A stretch of 51,500 nucleotides of DNA from Candidatus Woesearchaeota archaeon. Its GTDB lineage: Archaea; Nanobdellota; Nanobdellia; Woesearchaeales; UBA9642. The stretch lies in NCBI GenBank assembly GCA_038895475.1, contig JAWANI010000004.1, forward strand, positions 1-51,500, read 5' to 3'. Of the stretch, positions 9,386-18,905 are shown one piece after another. The position numbers and the translations under genes were made by a program. The notes beneath the pieces were generated by a model. That model had not been told where the DNA came from, searched no databases, and saw nothing but the letters and a program-made list of their open reading frames with translations. The stretch's first letter is position 1. Each line of letters opens with the position of its first letter.

Positions 9386-10792
9386 TCAATTTATTTTTTT
9401 TATTTTTACGCCTTCTTTTGTATCATCTATAATAAAGCCTAAATTTTTTATTTTTTCTCTTAATTCGTCTGCCTTTTTATAATCTTTATTTTTTCTAGCA
9501 ATTTCTCTTTCTTCTAAAATTTTTTTCACTTCTTCCGGAACTTCTATTTCTTCTTCAAAAACATTATTTAAGTCTAAACCAAACACCCTGTCAAATTTTA
9601 GTATTAATTTCAATTTTTCATTTTCTTTCAACTGTTTATCTTTTACAACAGACCATAATACTGATAAAGCTTTCGGCATGTTTAAATCATCATTTATTGC
9701 CTCTAAGAATTCTGATTCATAATTTTGTATTATTTGTATATTTAAAATATTATCTATTGGTTCATTTATTTTTTTGAATTCTATAATCTTGTTTTTTAGA
9801 TTATTAAAACTTATCTTAGCATTATCAAGCGCTTCAAAAGAAAAAGTTAGTGGGGTCCTATAATGTGTGTTAAGACATAAATATCTATATTCTAAAGGAT
9901 CATATTTTTTTTCTTTCAACGCATTTAATGTTAATATTTCTCCACTCGATTTTGACATTTTTCCTTTGTCTATTACAAGAAATTCTCCGTGCAACCAGAA
10001 ATTTACCCATTTATGTCCTATGGCGCCTTCTGATTGTGCTATCTCATTGGTGTGGTGTACTGGGATATGGTCTATGCCTCCGCAGTGTATATCAAATCTT
10101 TCACCCAAGTATTTCATTGACATTGCAGAACACTCAATGTGCCAGCCAGGATATCCTAAGCCCCAAGGGCTTTCCCATTTCATTTCTTGTTCCTGAAATT
10201 TAGATTTAGTGAACCATAAAACAAAATCATAAGGATTTTTCTTGTTTTTATCAATCTCAACTCTTGCACCTGCCTGTAATTCATCAATATTGATTTTTGC
10301 CAAAACACCATAATGGGGGAATTTTGTTATATCATAATAAACATTACCATTAACAATGTATGTAAAACCTTTTTTTTCAAGTTTTTTTATTAATTCAATC
10401 ATGTCATTTATATGTTCTGTGGCCCTGCACACTATATCTGGTTTTATTATGTTTAATTTTTCAATATCTTTCATAAATGCATCTTCATAAAATTTTGCTA
10501 TCTCCCAAACAGTTTTTCCCTCTCTTCTTGCTCCTTTAAGCATTTTATCTTCGCCTTCATCAGCATCGCTTGTTAAGTGTCCCACATCAGTAATGTTCAT
10601 GACATGCTTAACTTTAAAACCATTGTATAATAATACCCTCTTTAAAATATCTTCAAAAATATATGTTCTTAAATTTCCAATGTGTGCATAGAAATAAACT
10701 GTCGGTCCGCAGCAATACATTCCAACATAATCTTTATTTATTGGATGAAATTCTTCTTTCTTCCTAGATAAAGTATTAAATAAAGTAATCAT
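9386..10792 (-). CDS. cysS: Cysteinyl-tRNA synthetase
   Basis: CGPTVY, HIGN, PGWHIECSAM, HHTNE, KMSKS. Confidence 0.98.
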   Translation of the reverse strand: MITLFNTLSRKKEEFHPINKDYVGMYCCGPTVYFYAHIGNLRTYIFEDILKRVLLYNGFKVKHVMNITDVGHLTSDADEGEDKMLKGARREGKTVWEIAKFYEDAFMKDIEKLNIIKPDIVCRATEHINDMIELIKKLEKKGFTYIVNGNVYYDITKFPHYGVLAKINIDELQAGARVEIDKNKKNPYDFVLWFTKSKFQEQEMKWESPWGLGYPGWHIECSAMSMKYLGERFDIHCGGIDHIPVHHTNEIAQSEGAIGHKWVNFWLHGEFLVIDKGKMSKSSGEILTLNALKEKKYDPLEYRYLCLNTHYRTPLTFSFEALDNAKISFNNLKNKIIEFKKINEPIDNILNIQIIQNYESEFLEAINDDLNMPKALSVLWSVVKDKQLKENEKLKLILKFDRVFGLDLNNVFEEEIEVPEEVKKILEEREIARKNKDYKKADELREKIKNLGFIIDDTKEGVKIKKIN

Positions 10793-10882
10793 AATTTGTA
10801 GAATAAAATAGTATTTTAAAAATGTTTTCTCTTATTTATTTTCTCTCATATTATTATGTTATATACTTTTATATTTGTCATA

Positions 10883-11557
10883 TTATTTCTTTTTAACAAC
10901 AAAAATTGCATGATCTTTCTCGTAAGGATCAAGTTCTCTATAATCTACTATTGTTAGTTCTTTTTCTAATTCCGTCCTTAATTTTTTAAATATATCTTTA
11001 GGATTTTTTGTAACATCAATGCTTCTCGCCTTTACTGCAAGCAATCCAAAACCCCCTTCTTTAAGATAAATCTTGCAGTTTTTTAAAAATATTTCAAGCT
11101 GATTCTTTTGTGCAATATCCATAAAAACAGCATCTACAATGCATAATTGAGATAAATATGTTTCTGGTTTGTTTGCATCTGCAAATATTGGTGCAATGTT
11201 TTTTCTTGATTCAGCTAAAAAAATCAGTTCCCTTAAAACTCTCGGTGCAAAGTCTAATGCAAAAACTAGCCCCTGCTCCCCTACAATGTCTGAAACATGG
11301 CTTACTGTTGTGCCTGTACTTGCACCCAAATATAAAACATAATCTCCTTCTTTAATGCCTATTTGGGATATCTCTTTTCTTAATGCAGCCCCCAGTTTTG
11401 ATCTTTTAGGATTCCATTCTCTAAACTCTTTTTCACCCTCTCTTATTATGTTTTCCCCATAAACTTTTTGTCCCCTAACAAGGTTCTCAGTATATAACAA
11501 TATGTCTTTTCCTTTATTCTTATAATATATCCCTTTGAAATTCCTATACTGTTTCAT
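10883..11557 (-). CDS. flpA: Fibrillarin-like rRNA/tRNA 2'-O-methyltransferase
   Basis: WNPKRSKLGAA, LYLGASTGTTVSHVSD, LDPYEKDH. Confidence 0.97.
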   Translation of the reverse strand: MKQYRNFKGIYYKNKGKDILLYTENLVRGQKVYGENIIREGEKEFREWNPKRSKLGAALRKEISQIGIKEGDYVLYLGASTGTTVSHVSDIVGEQGLVFALDFAPRVLRELIFLAESRKNIAPIFADANKPETYLSQLCIVDAVFMDIAQKNQLEIFLKNCKIYLKEGGFGLLAVKARSIDVTKNPKDIFKKLRTELEKELTIVDYRELDPYEKDHAIFVVKKK

Positions 11558-12402
11558 TTGCCACCATTTACTTTAAAATAATCTATCTTTGATGCAATAC
11601 TTATTTTTGCAGCTAATTGTCTTGCAGCTTTACCCTTATTTTTTGAGTCTAAAACTGATGGATGATTTAGAATTATTCCATGTTTTGGAGGCCTTATATT
11701 TTTGTTTCTTAAATGTCTGAACAAAGATTTTTCTGCACCGAGCAATTGAATTGTTGAAGAGGGCATCAATGATAATTTTTTTAGGGAACCAGCTTTTTCA
11801 ATAAGTCTTGCACCTATTATTGTCCCTGTTATCTTATGTAAATTTGGACAAATTTCTGTCATTAACTCTTCTAAATAATTTTTAAGAATCTCTCTTTCTT
11901 CAAACAACCTCTTTAAAATAAAAGCATAATTAATAATTGTTTCTATATCTTCTTTTTTTATAGTTTCTTCAATAATACCCATTGATTTTTGTATATTAAA
12001 ATCTTTAATTAATTCTTTTTTATCTTTTTCAAGTATCATTCTTACAAATATTTCGTTATCTTCAATTTTATTGATGATTTCAGGAAGATAATATCCATAC
12101 CATTCTCTTAATCTTTTAGACATGTTATTGCATATTTTATCGAGTTCTTCAATTGCATTTATTGTTTGCAAAATAAATTGTTCCCTTGTTATAGATTCTG
12201 AGATTGCTTGCTTTGCAATTATTATGTTATTATTAACTAATTCATCTCTATATTCTGGTTTTTTTAATTCTTTAAGGACATCAAGATTTAATGTGTTTGA
12301 ATATTTTTTTTCTATATATTTTTTTAATGCCTCTTCAGGAGAATTTCTTTTAACACTCAATTCTTTTATGTTAATTGTGCCTATGCAATGTTCGTAAACC
12401 AT
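11554..12402 (-). CDS. nop5: Nop5/Nop56-58 box C/D RNP protein (short form)
   Basis: RLREWY, CPNL, PSSTIQLLGAEKSLF, PKHG, GKAAR; 4-nt overlap with flpA. Confidence 0.95.
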   Translation of the reverse strand: MVYEHCIGTINIKELSVKRNSPEEALKKYIEKKYSNTLNLDVLKELKKPEYRDELVNNNIIIAKQAISESITREQFILQTINAIEELDKICNNMSKRLREWYGYYLPEIINKIEDNEIFVRMILEKDKKELIKDFNIQKSMGIIEETIKKEDIETIINYAFILKRLFEEREILKNYLEELMTEICPNLHKITGTIIGARLIEKAGSLKKLSLMPSSTIQLLGAEKSLFRHLRNKNIRPPKHGIILNHPSVLDSKNKGKAARQLAAKISIASKIDYFKVNGGK

Positions 12403-12570
12403 ATTAATGCAATAACCATAAATTTTATAAAGTTAATTAAAAAAGTTTTATAAAAACAAAAAATTATTTAAATAAAGAAAATGTTATTTTAATGTTTAGC
12501 TTATAAAATTTAAATACTACTTTATAAAAAGTAAAATACTTTAAAAAACACAAAAAAGGAAGAGGTTGAA

Positions 12571-12750
12571 ATGTCATTAAACAATTTTATGTTTTATTTC
12601 GGTTTTTTCGCATTTTTCTTTGTTTTCGGAGGAATAGCAGGAAGTATGCTGTTTAAAGATGTTGAAAATATATTCTTAATAGCAGGTTTTTCTGTTTCTG
12701 TTTTAGGAATGTTTCTAGGAAGATTTCTGTTGAATTTAATGAGGGTATAA
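12571..12750 (+). CDS. Small two-TM membrane protein (59 aa), absent from the ORF track
   Basis: ATG..TAA frame MSLNNFMFYFGFFAFFFVFGGIAGSML...LGMFLGRFLLNLMRV; GAGGT RBS-like sequence upstream. Confidence 0.7.
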   Translation: MSLNNFMFYFGFFAFFFVFGGIAGSMLFKDVENIFLIAGFSVSVLGMFLGRFLLNLMRV

Positions 12751-12815
12751 TTATTTTAAATTAAACATTTTGGGACAAAAGGCATGTTCTTGAATCCCAC
12801 TACTTTGCTTCGCTA

Positions 12816-12932
12816 CGGGCGTGGGAGGATTTGAACCCCCGACCTAAGCATCTCTTCGATATCTTAGGAGTGCTTCGCGCTCTTTGGTGCAGAGCTGATG
12901 CTCACTTCACATCCAAGCTGCGCTACACGCCC
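12816..12932 (-). tRNA. tRNA-Arg(CCU) with two introns: D-loop (12882-12910, 29 nt) and 37/38 (12852-12864, 13 nt)
   Basis: GGGCGTG/CACGCCC acceptor, AAGCA/TGCTT anticodon stem, CCT anticodon at 12866-12868; removing both introns gives a 75-nt cloverleaf whose D-arm is identical to tRNA-Arg(UCU). Confidence 0.92.
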
Positions 12933-13022
12933 ATCATATAAAGTGTATTTTAGGTAATTTATTAATGTTGTTCTTTGAATTTTTTTGAAAAATTTTATAT
13001 AATAGGTTTTTTTCTTTTTATT

Positions 13023-14411
13023 ATGGTGAAATTATCTGAACATACAGTGATTGTTACGAATGTTGTAAAATGGGTTTTTTTATCTATTGTAATTGGTTTG
13101 ATAGTTGGTTTTACAACTTTTTTGTTTATTAAGGTTTTAGATATTAGTGTTAATTATTCTTATAAAAATCATTTTTTCTTATTTTTCATACCAGTATTCT
13201 TTTTCATTAATGGATTATTGGTTTATTATTTATGGCCTAAAGATGATGTTGATAATACTGATAAAGTTATAGAACATATTCATAAAAATAAACAGATTTC
13301 ATGGAAGTCCGGTTTAAAATCTTTTCTTTTGCCGATAATAACAATTGCAGGCGGAGGAAGTGCGGGCAAGGAAGCTCCGGCAGCAGATATTGGTGCATCA
13401 TCAGGTTCAATACTGGGAAAATTGTTTAAACTAAATAATTCCGACAGAAGAAAGCTAATGATTTGCGGTGTTAGTGCGGGATTTGCATCTGTATTTGGAA
13501 CACCCATAGCCGGTGCAATATTTGGTGTAGAGGTTTTGTTTGTAGGTAGCATATTATATGAGGTTCTGCTCCCTTCATTTATTGCGGGAATAGTATCTTA
13601 TCAAGTAAGCAGTTCATTAGGCGTAAAATATTTTTCAAGATTGGAATTTATACCTGAATTCAGCAATAGTTTTTTTCTGAAAATAATATTGGCAGGAATA
13701 ATTTTTGGTTTGCTGTCTTATTTTATTATTGAATTTTTTAAGTATTCAAAAGAATTTTCAAAAAGAATTAAGGTTTGGCTGCCATTAAAGGCATTTATTG
13801 CAGGATCAATTATTGCAATTCTTGCATTTTTATTTTCAAGGATTTATTTAGGGCTGGGTTTAGAATATGTTGAAGCAATACTTGAAGGAACAAAAATTGT
13901 TTGGTATGCTTTTTTATTAAAGATATTGTTTACTTCATTAACATTAAATTTTGGTGGGAGCGGAGGTTTAATAACTCCTATACTTTTTATTGGTTCATCT
14001 GCAGGAATGCTTTTAGGAATAATACTTGGGTTAGATACAGCAACATTTGCAGCCATAGGTTTAATTGCAGTACTGGCAGGTGTGGCTAATACTCCTATAG
14101 CCGCAAGTATAATGGCAATAGAGTTGTTTGGAATAGGTTTAGGAAAATATGCTGCCGTTGCTGCAGTTATCTCTTTTTTAGTTACGGGATACAGAAGTTT
14201 GTATCCTTCTCAAATATTGTCTATAAACAAATCTTCATCCATAAAAATTGTTAAGGGGAGAAAAATTTCAAATGTTAAGGTAGATGTTAATACAAAAAAC
14301 AATAAATTATTAGGATATGTTGTTACAGCTTATAAGAAGAAAGAAAATATAGAAAAAAAGATTAGGAAAAAAAGGAAAAAATTAAAGGAAGAAATAATAA
14401 AAAATACTTAA
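13023..14411 (+). CDS. CLC-family chloride channel/transporter
   Basis: GGSAGKEAP, GFASVFGTPIAGAIFGVE, NTPIAASIMAIELFG; ATG start at 13023. Confidence 0.93.
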   Translation: MVKLSEHTVIVTNVVKWVFLSIVIGLIVGFTTFLFIKVLDISVNYSYKNHFFLFFIPVFFFINGLLVYYLWPKDDVDNTDKVIEHIHKNKQISWKSGLKSFLLPIITIAGGGSAGKEAPAADIGASSGSILGKLFKLNNSDRRKLMICGVSAGFASVFGTPIAGAIFGVEVLFVGSILYEVLLPSFIAGIVSYQVSSSLGVKYFSRLEFIPEFSNSFFLKIILAGIIFGLLSYFIIEFFKYSKEFSKRIKVWLPLKAFIAGSIIAILAFLFSRIYLGLGLEYVEAILEGTKIVWYAFLLKILFTSLTLNFGGSGGLITPILFIGSSAGMLLGIILGLDTATFAAIGLIAVLAGVANTPIAASIMAIELFGIGLGKYAAVAAVISFLVTGYRSLYPSQILSINKSSSIKIVKGRKISNVKVDVNTKNNKLLGYVVTAYKKKENIEKKIRKKRKKLKEEIIKNT

Positions 14412-14442
14412 AAAATTCTTAAAAATCATTATAAGTATATTC

Positions 14443-14607
14443 TTAAGTATATTTTTTTATAAGTTTCCTTTGTTTTATTCTCATGAATATTCTTCCATTG
14501 TTTTTCTCTATCTGTTTATGGATATAATTTCCTGATTCTATTTTTATATGATTATGTATTTCATAATCTTTATCTTTTATTGTTTTAATTATCTCCAATA
14601 AATCCAC
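14443..14607 (-). CDS. Small hypothetical protein (54 aa), absent from the ORF track
   Basis: Open frame (G)TG-DLLEIIKTIKDKDYEIHNHIKIESG...KKYT; the GGGGGTG run may instead be an RBS for a TTG start a few codons later. Confidence 0.5.
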   Translation of the reverse strand: MDLLEIIKTIKDKDYEIHNHIKIESGNYIHKQIEKNNGRIFMRIKQRKLIKKYT

Positions 14608-14755
14608 CCCCTATAAATTTTATGGTCGGGATGTATATAAACTTTTATATTATTTTACAAGTGAATAAAAAAATAAATTATATTGATATACTAATACCTA
14701 TACTAATTCCGATAAATATTTAAATAATGTTCCCTTAATTGTTTTAGGGGTGGTT

Positions 14756-15034
14756 ATGGGTATATTAGATGATACTGAATTTGATGAAGTTATGCGTTTA
14801 CAGAAACAATTAGCTTCAACAATGATGAATGAGTATGAATTAGATGCAAAAATAAAACTATTGGTGATATTCAATGAAGTTATTGGCAAAAGAAAAAAAA
14901 TACAGACAGAAGAATTAATAGTTGAAGCAGAAAATCAGGGAATGACAGAAATAGAAATAACAGCAACAATAGAAAAACTAAAAAAAGACGGAATTCTTTT
15001 TGAACCACAACCAGGATATCTACAAAAGCGATAA
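14756..15034 (+). CDS. Stand-alone winged-helix protein resembling the MCM C-terminal domain
   Basis: EELIVEAENQGMTEIEITATIEKLKKDGILFEPQPGY; GGGGTG RBS. Confidence 0.7.
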   Translation: MGILDDTEFDEVMRLQKQLASTMMNEYELDAKIKLLVIFNEVIGKRKKIQTEELIVEAENQGMTEIEITATIEKLKKDGILFEPQPGYLQKR

Positions 15035-15153
15035 AAAAACATTTCTATATTTCAAATTATATTTTTATATTATATTTTTTTATATTATCTTTTATAATAT
15101 GATTAATTTTTTATAATATAATTATGTCTTTTTAATACGCATTTTAAGTTAAA

Positions 15154-17550
15154 CTAACTGCTAAAACCAGATAACATTGTCTGTTTAGAATTTTTTAATA
15201 TTTCATCAAAAGTTTTATTATACACAGGCAGTATTGTGTCAGCAATAGGTTTAAGCTGCTTTTCAACATAATGTTCATAATCAGGTTTATGTTTAAGTTT
15301 TTCTATAGGTTCAGGACCGTTAACTGTCATTATATACTGTATTTGATTAGAAGTAAGTTTTTTCAATTGTCTGGCAGCTTTTACATGCGGTGGTGTTGTC
15401 TTAGTATATTCAGATAAAGGTTTGTTAATATTTTTTTTGTAAATTAATAAATCGTCATATTTTCCCTTGCGTAAATCTTCAACAAATTTTTTTATATATC
15501 CGGAAACCTCTTCCTTTCTGAAAACTTTTTCAAACAATTCCATTTGAAATTTTTTGCTTAAATCAGTCCAGTCTCCCCTAACAAATTCCATGCCCGTAAA
15601 ACTCATTTCTTCCTTTCCATCCTTAATAAGGATTCCTGCATATCTTTTTTTTGCACCTTCATCAGAACCTCTCATTGTCGGTATTAGGAATACTTTAAAC
15701 AATTTTTCAAACTGTATTTCAAAATAACTTTTTCTATAATATTCCCTTTTTATATATTCTTCATAAAAATCATTTATGTATTTTTCAATTTTTTTCCCTA
15801 TACTTTGTGCATCATCAACATTTTTTGCTTTACTTACAACAAATACAGAATCTGTGTCTCCGTATATTACTTCATAGCCCAATTCTTCAACTTTTTTTGC
15901 AGTCATTTTAATTATTTTTTCTGCAGTATATGTTATTGCATTGCTTAATTCAGGATTGTAAAAACGGCATGAAGGATTTCCCAAAACGCCATAAAAGGAA
16001 TTCATAATTATTTTTAAGGCATAAATCACATGTGCGGGTTTTTTCTGTTTTTTTGCATCATCTCTCTGTTTCCAAACATCTTGAATAATCATAGGCAATA
16101 TTCCATCCTGGTTTTTGAATACAGCACCGTTTTCTGCAACGACATATTTTTTCTTGTCAATATTCTTCGGGGGATTTTTAACATAGGAATAAGGGTCTAT
16201 ATTTAATGTTCTAATAATAGAAGGATATAGGCTTTTAAAATCAAGAACAACAACATAATCATAAAGTCCCGGTTTAGGATTCATTACATATCCCCCTTTA
16301 AATGGTTCATCTTTCTCCGAAAATTTTGTACTATTAAGAACGATTTTATGTGCTTTAGCATATCTTAAGAATAAACTGTCAAGACTTGCAACACTTGCCT
16401 TAACCCTTTCAAGAGTCATTCCAGTAATCATTGCTCTTTGTATTGTTAATTGTATTGCAGAAGTTACATGAATTAATTTATAGACTAATTCTGCATCTTT
16501 TAAGTTATAATCTACAAGTTTTTGTTGATCATTTTTGTAAAGCATATCAATAATTTCTGCTTTATTTTCCTGTCCAACAAGTTTTTTTTCTCCTAAATAT
16601 TCCTGTGCAGCAGTTTCTAGTTTATAATTTTCCAGTTTAATAAAACTCGTCCTTAAAAGCTGTATCCCGTCAAGAACCATTCTTCCGGGAAAATCTGCTG
16701 AAGAATCCCTCATAAAATCATTATTTATTTCTAATTTACAGGGCCACTCTGCTCTTCCTAAAGTAAAAGGTATTTTATATTTTTCAAACTTTTCTTTAAT
16801 AATCTTCAGATCAAAATCTATTACATTCCATCCTGTTATTACATCAGGATCAATTTCTTTTATTAATTCTGAAAATTTCTCCAACAACTCTTTTTCGGTG
16901 TTTAGTGATAATGCATTATGTAATTTTTTTCCAATATTTTTTTCTGAAGCATGTATTAATACTTTTTTGTATTCCCCGATTTTTTTTAATCCCTCTGTGT
17001 ATAGGGAAATACAGTAAATATTTTTGTTTTTGCTGTCTGTTTCTATATCTATTGACAATATTTTTAGTTCTGGAAACCAGTCTGAAGCAACAATTTCTGG
17101 TTCTTCATATATTCTGTCTACAAATTCTCCTTTTTTATAATTTCCAAAAATCTTCAGAGAGCCCTTTATATTATAATCTATCAAGAATCTTTGATAAAAC
17201 CTGATATCTGCTTCATAGCATTCTGTTTTTAGTTCTTCTTCTAAGTATTTTCTTAACTTGGCAACATCTCCCGGAAGCCATAAAGTTATTTTGCTTACTT
17301 TTTCATCATCGAAATTTTTAAAATCCGTATCTTCTATATCCCCATTGAAATCTTTTATTATTTTTTTCAATTTTTCATTATTAGCATCTTTGGTTTTTAT
17401 ATAGAAATAAGGCCTGTAGTTTTTTATTATCAGAAAAGATTCACCATTTTCTAGTCTTCCAAAGAGATAAATCAGAGATCTTTTGTTTTTTCCATCATCT
17501 ATAATTCTATATGTAGGATATATTATAAAGCCATTTATAGAATCTTTCAT
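15154..17550 (-). CDS. polB: Family B DNA polymerase (Pol II-like)
   Basis: SIDIET, GWNVIDFD, YNLKDA exonuclease motifs; DFKSLYPSI, KIIMNSFYG, YGDTDS polymerase motifs. Confidence 0.97.
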   Translation of the reverse strand: MKDSINGFIIYPTYRIIDDGKNKRSLIYLFGRLENGESFLIIKNYRPYFYIKTKDANNEKLKKIIKDFNGDIEDTDFKNFDDEKVSKITLWLPGDVAKLRKYLEEELKTECYEADIRFYQRFLIDYNIKGSLKIFGNYKKGEFVDRIYEEPEIVASDWFPELKILSIDIETDSKNKNIYCISLYTEGLKKIGEYKKVLIHASEKNIGKKLHNALSLNTEKELLEKFSELIKEIDPDVITGWNVIDFDLKIIKEKFEKYKIPFTLGRAEWPCKLEINNDFMRDSSADFPGRMVLDGIQLLRTSFIKLENYKLETAAQEYLGEKKLVGQENKAEIIDMLYKNDQQKLVDYNLKDAELVYKLIHVTSAIQLTIQRAMITGMTLERVKASVASLDSLFLRYAKAHKIVLNSTKFSEKDEPFKGGYVMNPKPGLYDYVVVLDFKSLYPSIIRTLNIDPYSYVKNPPKNIDKKKYVVAENGAVFKNQDGILPMIIQDVWKQRDDAKKQKKPAHVIYALKIIMNSFYGVLGNPSCRFYNPELSNAITYTAEKIIKMTAKKVEELGYEVIYGDTDSVFVVSKAKNVDDAQSIGKKIEKYINDFYEEYIKREYYRKSYFEIQFEKLFKVFLIPTMRGSDEGAKKRYAGILIKDGKEEMSFTGMEFVRGDWTDLSKKFQMELFEKVFRKEEVSGYIKKFVEDLRKGKYDDLLIYKKNINKPLSEYTKTTPPHVKAARQLKKLTSNQIQYIMTVNGPEPIEKLKHKPDYEHYVEKQLKPIADTILPVYNKTFDEILKNSKQTMLSGFSS

Positions 17551-17601
17551 ATTATTATTAGTCTTATTTAATTTATAATTTTTACTGTGTTAATAAATCA
17601 T

Positions 17602-17796
17602 TTATTCTAATTTAGTAATTTTTATTGCACCAACAGGACATCCGTCAGCAGCCTCTTTATTACAACCAATGTTTTCAACTTCAGAAGTAACAACTTTTGC
17701 TTTATCGCCATCTGTAACAAAATTATCACACGCCACAGTACATGCACCGCAACCAATGCATGTGTTTCTATCCAATTCAATTTTATATTTGGCCAT
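17602..17796 (-). CDS. Single-cluster 4Fe-4S ferredoxin
   Basis: CIGCGACTVAC ... AADGCPVGAI; start MAKYKIE at 17796. Confidence 0.92.
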   Translation of the reverse strand: MAKYKIELDRNTCIGCGACTVACDNFVTDGDKAKVVTSEVENIGCNKEAADGCPVGAIKITKLE

Positions 17797-17840
17797 TAGA
17801 GAAAGTGAATATCGTTGTTTTATAAAATTTTTGTTTTTAT

Positions 17841-17909
17841 TGCACAACCTCAGCTAGTCTTTCGTCTTCATGAATATCAGACGGGAATAACATCTTCACA
17901 GGTTGTGCA
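17841..17909 (-). ncRNA. Box C/D guide sRNA (double guide)
   Basis: Minus strand: TGCACAACCT-GTGAAGA(C)-TGTTATTCCCGT-CTGA(D')-TATTC-ATGAAGA(C')-CGAAAGACTAG-CTGA(D)-GGTTGTGCA, with a terminal inverted repeat and an upstream TATA-like box. Confidence 0.85.
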
Positions 17910-18066
17910 GTGATAAGGATTATTTTTAGAATTATAAATATATTGATAAAATTTAATGTATATTTTATGATTTAAATTATAATGCATGTTGGATTTTGTA
18001 TGACTAATATTAATTTATTTTTTTGATTATTAAGAAAAGTAAAAAAATTGTATAAACATAGAAATT

Positions 18067-18888
18067 TTACAACAAAGGATTCTGTCCACCATATAGTGCT
18101 GCAAACCTTCCGTTTTTAAATTCTAGACTGAAAACATCGGTATTTACCTGTGTTGAACGCATTTTTACTACAGATATCTCCCTAACTACAGCTCTTCTGA
18201 ATTGCGATAATCTTATATATATTATTCCATCTGAAAGGTAGTCTTCAACACCATATTCTGAATACTTGCTTCCGTCTAAAGGCATTTCTGATATTAAGAA
18301 AGACGTAATGTTTAAGTCCCTTAAAAATTCAAATATATAGAATAATTCTATTCTCGGATTTTCAAATTTTGCAAGAACATATAATGCAGATAAAGAATCC
18401 AAAACAAACAGATCTAATCCAAGGTCTGATTTTATTTTTTTAACAAGATTCTTTATAACATTAATCCATCCTGCATTTGCTGTAGTGTTTATTTTTGTGT
18501 CTTTTATTTCTTTTCTTATCGCTCCTAAATCTGCAAATATTATTGTTCCCCTTTTAGAATTTTTTAGTTGTAATAATTGGGAATTAATATTGGAGAGGTC
18601 ATTTATTAACAATATATTTATTTTGCTTAAATCATAGCCCATATTTATAACATGATTTAATAATGAGATATAGCTTTGTTCCAATGAAATATACAAGGCG
18701 ATTTTTCCCTTATTTACGGCTTCATTATATATTGCATTGAAGCATACTGATGATTTCATTGTTCCTGCTGTACCACAAACAAGCGTTACATATCCTTCAG
18801 GTATGCCGCCTTCTATGTTTTCATCAAGACCTTGTATATATAAGGGAACTCTTTTAAGTTCTTCTTTTTTAGTGATTATCCTCTCCAT
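18067..18888 (-). CDS. KaiC-like RecA-superfamily ATPase (single domain)
   Basis: GLDENIEGGIP, Walker A GTAGTMKS, SLEQ, VLDSLS, GVEDYLSDGII, VVKMR. Confidence 0.92.
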   Translation of the reverse strand: MERIITKKEELKRVPLYIQGLDENIEGGIPEGYVTLVCGTAGTMKSSVCFNAIYNEAVNKGKIALYISLEQSYISLLNHVINMGYDLSKINILLINDLSNINSQLLQLKNSKRGTIIFADLGAIRKEIKDTKINTTANAGWINVIKNLVKKIKSDLGLDLFVLDSLSALYVLAKFENPRIELFYIFEFLRDLNITSFLISEMPLDGSKYSEYGVEDYLSDGIIYIRLSQFRRAVVREISVVKMRSTQVNTDVFSLEFKNGRFAALYGGQNPLL

Positions 18889-18905
18889 TTTTTGCTCACC
18901 TTTTT

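Noticed and set aside
12771-12800. Weak hairpin TGGGA...TCCCA downstream of tRNA-Arg(CCU)
   Set aside because: Short and imperfect; cannot be distinguished from chance or a simple terminator
13023-14411. CLC as a fluoride exporter with riboswitch
   Set aside because: Lacks the CLC-F GREGT/GEVTP signatures, and no fluoride riboswitch motif is visible upstream
17797-17847. N-terminal extension of ferredoxin in the ORF track
   Set aside because: It runs through the promoter and into the C/D sRNA stem; the real start is ATG 17796
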